Assembly: GCA_021650915.1 (NCBI GenBank)
Contig: CP091279.1
Coordinates: 1,800,001-1,832,000 of the forward strand
DNA: 32,000 nt
Direction of reading: 5' to 3'
Source: Candidatus Brocadia sp.
GTDB taxonomy: Bacteria > Planctomycetota > Brocadiia > Brocadiales > Brocadiaceae
Part shown: one piece after another, positions 27,054 through 32,000 of the stretch
How the letters are laid out: the number at the start of each line of letters is the position of its first letter
How positions within the stretch are numbered: position 1 is the stretch's first letter
The notes under the pieces: generated by a model
The model's input: the letters and a program-made list of their open reading frames with translations, nothing else
What the model was told of the DNA's origin: nothing
The model's database searches: none
Translations under genes and position numbers: made by a program

Positions 27054-27386
27054 ATAGTTATTCTCAGACTATCTTGGATTTTTTACGCATTTTATCGTTT
27101 GCTGATTATGTTTGATTTTACCAGCGTTTTCAAGGCATGCAAGGAAATTCAATTCTTCTATCACTTATCAGCGTTAACGGATTCACATCATCCGCCTGTT
27201 ATAACTTCATAACGAATGGAAACAAAATGCGACCTCTTTACGTGAAGTAAAAGTCGGGAAATTGTTTTTTCCCTTTGCATCTCAAAATAAATAATAAAGA
27301 AATTGGCTTTTTTTATTTTTTTCTCCGTTAAACATCAGTAAAAAATAAAAGTCACACGATATTTTTAAATAAAAAACCGAGGAGGA

Positions 27387-27415
27387 TTGGTAAAAATAAA
27401 ATAATATGATATAAT
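27387..27415 (+). promoter_or_regulatory. Near-consensus extended -10 promoter in a region with no annotated gene
   Basis: TTGGTA (27387-27392), 17-nt spacer, TGaTATAAT (27407-27415). It is embedded in an A/T-rich, UP-element-like tract. Confidence 0.45.
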
Positions 27416-27444
27416 AACAACGGAGAGGAACCAGGAGAAGGCTA

Positions 27445-27564
27445 ATGGGGTTAAACGTTCCTCATGATATAAAAATGAAAATTAAAGTTGTGTCAATTAT
27501 GTATCTTGTTTACTACTCTTGGTTCCTTTCCAAAAGCTCTTTGAAATTATCAGTACCATTATAA
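27445..27564 (+). CDS. Candidate 39-codon hydrophobic micro-ORF (MGLNVPHDIKMKIKVVSIMYLVYYSWFLSKSSLKLSVPL)
   Basis: Found by manual translation (below the track cutoff). AGGAG (27433-27437) lies 7 nt upstream of the ATG, and the predicted TSS is about 23 nt upstream. The peptide has a hydrophobic core, VVSIMYLVYYSWFL. Confidence 0.3.
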   Translation: MGLNVPHDIKMKIKVVSIMYLVYYSWFLSKSSLKLSVPL

Positions 27565-27694
27565 TAAGACCCGTCCAACAATGCTGAAGAGGCAAATAAA
27601 GTGCGCCGAGTCTTTAAAATGTTACTGTTAATATAATGCTTCCTTAACCCGATGGAAAGAGAGAAAGGGGTGTACGTGATGAGGAAGTTAAAAC

Positions 27695-27732
27695 AGTAGC
27701 CTGATATGTCAGAGAAGACATGTCAGGCTACT
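27695..27732 (-). terminator. Rho-independent terminator for the small zinc-ribbon gene; possibly bidirectional
   Basis: A 16-bp stem pairs agtagcctgatatgtc with gacatgtcaggctact (one G-U) around a 6-nt loop. On the minus strand it is followed by GTTTTAACTT. It lies 25 nt after the stop at 27757. Confidence 0.55.
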
Positions 27733-27756
27733 GCCGTTTATACGCAACACCTTTTT

Positions 27757-27945
27757 TCAGTAAGCTTTTTTAGCCTGACCTTCCGATACGGCTTTTTCTG
27801 CATCCCCTTTTGTCATAATCTTACACATGCCGCATCCGCAGGCTTTGCATTTGCCCTTAGCCATATACCCACCCCGGGCGGTCATCGTCATTTGTACATC
27901 AGCCATTTCTTTTTGTGTTTTACACTTCATGCATCTTGCTTCCAT
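27757..27945 (-). CDS. Small zinc-ribbon protein, DUF5679-like (CxxC ... CxxC)
   Basis: 62-aa ORF: MEARCMKCKTQKEM...GKCKACGCGMCKI. The pattern C..CK..kEM, then ..G.C..CG..m.kI, matches my recollection of the DUF5679 family. A strong AAGGAGGT SD lies 4 nt upstream of the ATG, and a terminator follows. Confidence 0.6.
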   Translation of the reverse strand: MEARCMKCKTQKEMADVQMTMTARGGYMAKGKCKACGCGMCKIMTKGDAEKAVSEGQAKKAY

Positions 27946-28080
27946 TTTTACCTCCTTGTTTAATTATTCCCTATTTTAATTTGCATCCTGCAGATTTCCA
28001 TTTTCATTTCAGGAAACAAACACTTACAAAACCTCAATGTAACATTATGGACGGGAATTGCTAAAATTATATATCACATT

Positions 28081-28177
28081 GTACATAAAGCTGCAACCAA
28101 ACCCACCCCGAACAAGGGGGGGAGCGAGGGGGGAGTAAAAAAACTTGCTTAAAAAATGTAACGAGATAATACTATAC
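28081..28177 (-). repeat. Copy D of the dispersed intergenic repeat family (inverted orientation)
   Basis: The reverse complement carries the head 11-mer gtatagtatta (28177..28167; identical to 30856-30866). It also carries caagttttt (28147..28139; identical to 30782-30790). A C-rich then G-rich block and the tail tttggttgc (28101..28093) complete the match. Confidence 0.55.
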
Positions 28178-28387
28178 TGTATCAAAAAATACTATTAAAA
28201 ATTTTCCGCATCGGGGGAAAAAAGGATCTTCATGAGTTTTTTCCCCGTTTATCCGAACGATTTTTCATTGCTGTCCGGAGCTTGTCCTGAGCCAGGCAAA
28301 TGCGCCTTCAACGGCAACTTTCTTTTTGCGGTCACGAGGTTACAATGGCCAAACCTCTATTGTTCAACAATAAATGATTCACATAAA

Positions 28388-29158
28388 TTAAACCTCAAAT
28401 TCAGCCACAATAAGAGTATGATCCGATGGTCTTTCCAAAAGCCTCGGCGCGACGTCAATCCACGCCTTTGTTGATTTCTGTGCCAGGGGCCGGGTCGCCC
28501 AGATATGATCAACCCTCCAGCCACGCTTCCTGGCTATCGCATCCTTTACCCGATAATCCCAGAACGTGTATTGTTCAGAGCCATGCTGATGGAGCCGGAA
28601 AACGTCAACGAACCCCCATTTTTTCAGCCTCAGAATGGCTGCGTGCTCATCGGGGTGGTAGCCTATGCTTCCCAGTAAATGCTCCGGATCATAAACGTCT
28701 GCCGGTTCTGGCGCAACGTTAAAATCCCCCAGCCAGAGCACATCCTGGTCTGGCTGGTAATTTTTGTCAAAATACTCATGCAATCTTTGAAGCCAATCCA
28801 GTTTATACCGGAACTGCTTCAACAGCGGATGGGCACCCTGGGGAACATAGGTGTTGATGACCGAAATATTCTGCACCGTTGCTGCAATGAGGCGCGTGCC
28901 TTCAGATTCGAATTCATCAAAACCTGCCCGGATATTTTTTGGGAAAATTTTGCTGAGTATGGCAACTCCATTGTATGACTTCTCTCCGCGGAAGACCGTA
29001 TGATATTTCATATCTTCAAAGACGCCTCTTGGAAATTCAGCATCTGTTACTTTTGTCTCCTGAAGACAAAGGACGTCTGGCGATTCATTCTGTATCCAGC
29101 CGATCACGATCGGCAATCTTGCCCTGATCGAATTAACGTTGAAGCTGGCAATTTTCAT
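28388..29158 (-). CDS. xth: Exodeoxyribonuclease III
   Basis: 256-aa ORF with the N-terminus MKIASFNVNSIRARL...DVLCLQETK. The C-terminal motifs RVDHIWAT and SDH are typical of the EEP-family Xth/APE nucleases. Confidence 0.9.
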   Translation of the reverse strand: MKIASFNVNSIRARLPIVIGWIQNESPDVLCLQETKVTDAEFPRGVFEDMKYHTVFRGEKSYNGVAILSKIFPKNIRAGFDEFESEGTRLIAATVQNISVINTYVPQGAHPLLKQFRYKLDWLQRLHEYFDKNYQPDQDVLWLGDFNVAPEPADVYDPEHLLGSIGYHPDEHAAILRLKKWGFVDVFRLHQHGSEQYTFWDYRVKDAIARKRGWRVDHIWATRPLAQKSTKAWIDVAPRLLERPSDHTLIVAEFEV

Positions 29159-29258
29159 ACGTGAAATACCTCATACCTGAAAAATCGGCGCGGCGCCAGT
29201 TCAGAAAAGTCGCCATTGCGCATGGAATCAAAAAATCTGATACGGCGGAAATAAAAGG

Positions 29259-29288
29259 TTGCAAAATTTTCTTTATCTCAGATATAAT
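29259..29288 (+). promoter_or_regulatory. Candidate promoter of the first TDT-family transporter gene
   Basis: TTGCAA (29259-29264), 18-nt spacer, TATAAT (29283-29288). AAGGAG follows at 29325-29330. The promoter lies inside the long GTG-started ORF-track model, which argues against that start. Confidence 0.45.
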
Positions 29289-29394
29289 AGCGGAAATTAT
29301 TGTACCATATTATAAATCTTTAACAAGGAGAGATGATACGCAGAAAGGGGTTATAAAAAATACCATCAAGACATTTCATCCAGCCTATTTTGCA

Positions 29395-30438
29395 ATGGTG
29401 ATGTCTACCGGTATAATTTCCATTGCATCCCACCTGCTGGGTTTTACCGCGATTAGCCGTGGTCTTTTTTATCTAAACATTATTGCATACATAATTATCC
29501 TCTCATTACAAATACTCCGGGTAAAGATGTACTGGAATAATCTTTACGCCGATCTCTCTAATCCTACAATAAGCCTTGTCTTTTTTACTACCGTTGCCGC
29601 CACAAATGTCCTCGGATCACAGTTTGTCACCATAGTTAATTATCCGGAAGTTGCAAAGGCGTTCTGGTATTTTGGCATTTTGCTCTGGTCGATGGTTTCG
29701 CTAGCCACCTTCAGCATCCTTTTTATCAAATGCGAGCAAAAGATTGAACTGGTATTGCATGGCGGGTGGTTGACGGCAACCGTAGGAACACAATCAGTTG
29801 CCGTTTTTGGCGCTATCCTTGCGCCAAAATTTGGAGCTGGCGCTGGTTTTGTAATGTTTTCCTCTTTTGTATGGTGGATGATCGGTTCATTTCTGTATGT
29901 GGTACTGATTACGCTCATTATGTTTCGTCTCGTGTTTTTCAAGATATCCCCTGATGCCTTGGTGCCACCGTATTGGATTAACATGGGCGCCCTTGCCATT
30001 ACTACCCTGGCAGGTTCCGCTATCTGTATCAATATTCCAAAAGTGAAAGGGCATTATGCTGATTTACTGGGATTCACCAAAGGGATTACCTTATTTTTCT
30101 GGTCATTTGGAACGTGGTGGATACCCTTTTTGATCATTGTTGGAATATGGAAATACCTTTTTCATAAAACTCAGTTTAAATATAACCCTCTTTACTGGGC
30201 CATGGTCTTCCCCTTAGGAATGTACACGGCAAGCACAATGCGACTTTCGCAGGCTATTCGGATTCCCTTTATCGCTCATATATCAAAATACTTTATCTAT
30301 GCAGCTTACATAGCATGGATCTTTATCTTCATCCAGATGATCATTTCTATAATAAAAGCGGCTACAGCAAAAGAAGCCCCAAAAATGAAGGAAGAAAAGG
30401 CATTGCAACCTCAGATGGCGGGTATTGCCAAAGACTAA
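29395..30438 (+). CDS. TehA/Mae1 (TDT, SLAC1-like) family anion/C4-dicarboxylate transporter, paralog 1; 5' end uncertain
   Basis: 10-TM-type protein with the N-terminal family motif PAYFAMVMSTGIIS and a conserved HGGW..ATVGTQS block. The first canonical in-frame start after the promoter and SD is the ATG at 29395. The conserved residues FHPAYFA lie upstream of it (see findings). The ORF-track start at 29161 is a GTG only 2 nt from the divergent xth start. Confidence 0.8.
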   Translation: MVMSTGIISIASHLLGFTAISRGLFYLNIIAYIIILSLQILRVKMYWNNLYADLSNPTISLVFFTTVAATNVLGSQFVTIVNYPEVAKAFWYFGILLWSMVSLATFSILFIKCEQKIELVLHGGWLTATVGTQSVAVFGAILAPKFGAGAGFVMFSSFVWWMIGSFLYVVLITLIMFRLVFFKISPDALVPPYWINMGALAITTLAGSAICINIPKVKGHYADLLGFTKGITLFFWSFGTWWIPFLIIVGIWKYLFHKTQFKYNPLYWAMVFPLGMYTASTMRLSQAIRIPFIAHISKYFIYAAYIAWIFIFIQMIISIIKAATAKEAPKMKEEKALQPQMAGIAKD

Positions 30439-30749
30439 AGGGTCGCAGAAAAAGATGGGATAACAAAAAATTGATGTGATGTTTGTTTTCGACGCATTGG
30501 ATAAAACCATATCCGAATTCGCCGTCTCTTTCATTTTACCCTTTAGCTAATTTCAGAACTCCCGCAATAAATTCCGGGAGTAAATCATACTCTGGCCATC
30601 CGCAATGCCGGTGAATATTTGTCACCATTTTCTGCTTTGGATGAATTCATTCGAAGACATTTAGGGCTACTGAATCTGCCAGAAACAAGTTTGAAGTTTT
30701 TACATGAACGCTTACTTCGGATTTTGGATGGGTCTTTTTCCGGTAACCC

Positions 30750-30855
30750 GTAGAATACTACGGTATAAAATCTTTTTTTTCCAAGTTTTTACAACCGCCT
30801 CCCCCCTCACCTCCCTGAGTGCCGGGGTTGATTGTGGCCTATATCTCCGTATGAT
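30750..30855 (+). repeat. Copy B1 of the dispersed intergenic repeat family (first of a tandem pair)
   Basis: The head is gtagaatacta followed by cggtataaaatctttttttt. Then come caagtttttacaacc, the C-rich block cctcccccctcacctccc, the G-rich ccggggttg, and the degenerate tail attgtggcc...ccgtatgatgt. Confidence 0.6.
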
Positions 30856-30975
30856 GTATAGTATTACTCTATAAAAACTCTTTTTTTCTGTAATCTTTTC
30901 TTTGTGATCTTTGTGTAAAACTTTGCGTTCTTTGTGGTTGAACTTTTTTGGTTGCGGCTGTGCTGCGTTATGAGT
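30856..30975 (+). repeat. Copy B2 of the dispersed intergenic repeat family (second of the tandem pair)
   Basis: The head is gtatagtatta followed by ctctataaaaactcttttttt. An internal triple of ctttgtg motifs follows. The tail ttttttggttgcggctgtgctgcgttatgagt is nearly identical to the tail of copy A, and its end overlaps the ATG at 30970. Confidence 0.6.
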
Positions 30976-32000
30976 ATCTTTAAGATAGCAACGTATTCAT
31001 TGGATATCCGCTGGTTTACTGCCTCCATGGCCACCATGATGATTGCATCAGTCTCTCACGTGTATGGCCTCGAGGCGATTGTCCCATACTTCTTTATTAC
31101 AAGCCTCGTCATCTTCCTCTCTATCCTTGTCTTTCAAGCAATACGGCTTATCGTATTCTATAAAGACTCCGTGAGCGAATTGCTCAATCCTGAAAAAAGC
31201 CTTTATTTTTTTACCTTCGTCGCAGCAATCAATCTTCTTGGCGGTTGCTTATCCAAAATATTTCATTTCCACACAACGGCTAGTATCTTTTGGTACGTGG
31301 CCATTACTTTTTGGCTGGGTATTTCTCTCGCCTCGTTTAGCATCTTGTTCTTATATCAGAAATCTCAGGACAGGAAGATAGAGATACTCCACGGTGGCTG
31401 GTTCTTCGCTACCGTGGGCACTCAGTCTACGGCCTTCCTTGGGATAATTGTTGCCGAACATGCAACACAATATGTAACTTGTATTCATTTGTTTTCATTT
31501 GCCTTATGGTCTATTGGCGCAAGCTTATACCTCATCATTGCGGTGTTCATTGTCTTAAGACTGGTTTTTTATCCGTTCAGCAATGACACACCCCTGTCGC
31601 CGTACTGGATGAATACCGGAGCGGCGGCGCTCACGGCGCTCACGGGAACTGTATTGTACCAGCATATTCATATCGTAAACGGCCCCTTTGTGGATTTTCT
31701 TCCCTTTTTAAAAGGGATTTCCCTGTTTTTTTTATCTGTAGGTCTATGGTGGTTGCCATTCCTGGTGGTTTTGGCCATTAGAAGACATATCTCTCGTAAC
31801 GATAGCCTGGTATTTTCGGTCGGCTACTGGGAAATCGCCTTTGCCCTGGGTATATGTGCTTACAGCACGATACACATGGTTCGTTTATTTGGGGGACAAT
31901 ACCTTGTCGTAGCCTCAGTCTGTTTTTACATTTCCTGCATCATCCTTTGGTGTTTTTCATCGGTATTTACGGTTGTCCATCTTGCCAGATCATCGGTATG
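30970..32000 (+). CDS. TehA/Mae1 (TDT, SLAC1-like) family transporter, paralog 2; 3' end beyond the window (absent from the ORF track)
   Basis: By manual translation, MSIFKIATYSLDIRWFTASMATMMIASVSHVYGL...HGGWFFATVGTQSTAFLG...SPYWMNTGAAALTALTG... stays open to position 32000. It is collinear with and clearly homologous to the 29395-30438 protein. Confidence 0.75.
   Translation, partial: MSIFKIATYSLDIRWFTASMATMMIASVSHVYGLEAIVPYFFITSLVIFLSILVFQAIRLIVFYKDSVSELLNPEKSLYFFTFVAAINLLGGCLSKIFHFHTTASIFWYVAITFWLGISLASFSILFLYQKSQDRKIEILHGGWFFATVGTQSTAFLGIIVAEHATQYVTCIHLFSFALWSIGASLYLIIAVFIVLRLVFYPFSNDTPLSPYWMNTGAAALTALTGTVLYQHIHIVNGPFVDFLPFLKGISLFFLSVGLWWLPFLVVLAIRRHISRNDSLVFSVGYWEIAFALGICAYSTIHMVRLFGGQYLVVASVCFYISCIILWCFSSVFTVVHLARSSV

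Noticed and set aside
28116-28133. G7 and G6 runs as a G-quadruplex motif.
   Set aside because: Only two long G-runs are present, so a canonical four-run G4 cannot form without zero-length loops. The runs are better explained as the G-rich arm of repeat copy D pairing with the adjacent C-rich block.
28212-28247. 11-bp hairpin CGGGGGAAAAAA / TTTTTTCCCCG with a 13-nt loop, considered as the xth terminator.
   Set aside because: On the minus (xth) strand it has no U-tail after the stem. The U-tail exists only on the plus strand, where no upstream gene is evident. It lies 140 nt past the xth stop, so it is kept only as an unexplained structure.
28232-28474. 80-aa plus-strand ORF at the xth 3' end, and the 85-aa ORF at 27706-27963 antisense to the zinc-ribbon gene.
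   Set aside because: Both overlap better-supported minus-strand genes or terminator structures and lack translation signals.
29161-29394. GTG-initiated 5' extension of the first TDT transporter ORF (the ORF-track model 29161-30438).
   Set aside because: The GTG is 2 nt from the divergent xth start. The extension contains a near-consensus promoter (29259-29288) and an SD (29325-30), so it is more likely a divergent control region than coding sequence. The extension is not conserved in paralog 2.
30750-30975. Possibility that the tandem repeat units are a degenerate CRISPR array.
   Set aside because: There are only two units, directly adjacent with no spacer. The units are about 105-120 bp long and diverged, and related copies are dispersed singly elsewhere. 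No cas genes are present.

Overview
Gene-dense chromosomal window with about 27 protein genes, mostly housekeeping and mostly on the minus strand. I saw no rRNA, tRNA, CRISPR array, transposase or integrase by eye.

Gene content, in order:
- queA (3' part), class II B12-dependent ribonucleotide reductase, and a YqeY-like gene preceded by two micro-ORFs.
- A small CPKC redoxin.
- An Rrf2-headed NitT/TauT-type ABC importer (SBP, ATPase, permease).
- ATP-dependent PEP carboxykinase, a TlpA-like thiol-disulfide oxidoreductase, clpB, dapB and a rhomboid protease.
- An LptF/LptG-family permease with a long coiled-coil insert.
- An archaeal-type PEP carboxylase.
- A 740-aa protein whose C-terminus is a complete GreA module.
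- A polar amino-acid ABC system with a fused SBP-permease.
- An RRM RNA-binding protein plus a DEAD-box helicase, and a TPR lipoprotein.
- A small zinc-ribbon protein, xth, and two tandem TehA/Mae1 (TDT/SLAC1) family paralogs. The second runs off the window end and is absent from the ORF track.

The taxon cannot be fixed without a search. The long GreA and the archaeal-type PEPC are compatible with a PVC/Planctomycetota-like genome.

Most interesting non-standard signals:
1. A previously unannotated ~100-bp dispersed intergenic repeat family with five copies in this window, two of them in tandem.
2. An AT-rich gene-poor stretch (27.0-28.4 kb). It holds a near-consensus promoter, a strong SD and a 39-codon hydrophobic ORF. 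The SD of that ORF is sequestered by a 16-bp 5'-3' long-range helix, which resembles a type I toxin or sRNA locus.
3. Two homopolymer-linked reading-frame puzzles: an A8 run at 2948-2955 and a G4 run at 29347-29350.
4. An orphan promoter plus a 46-nt near-perfect palindrome in an 860-bp gap.

All promoter, terminator and family calls rest on reading motifs by eye and need computational confirmation.
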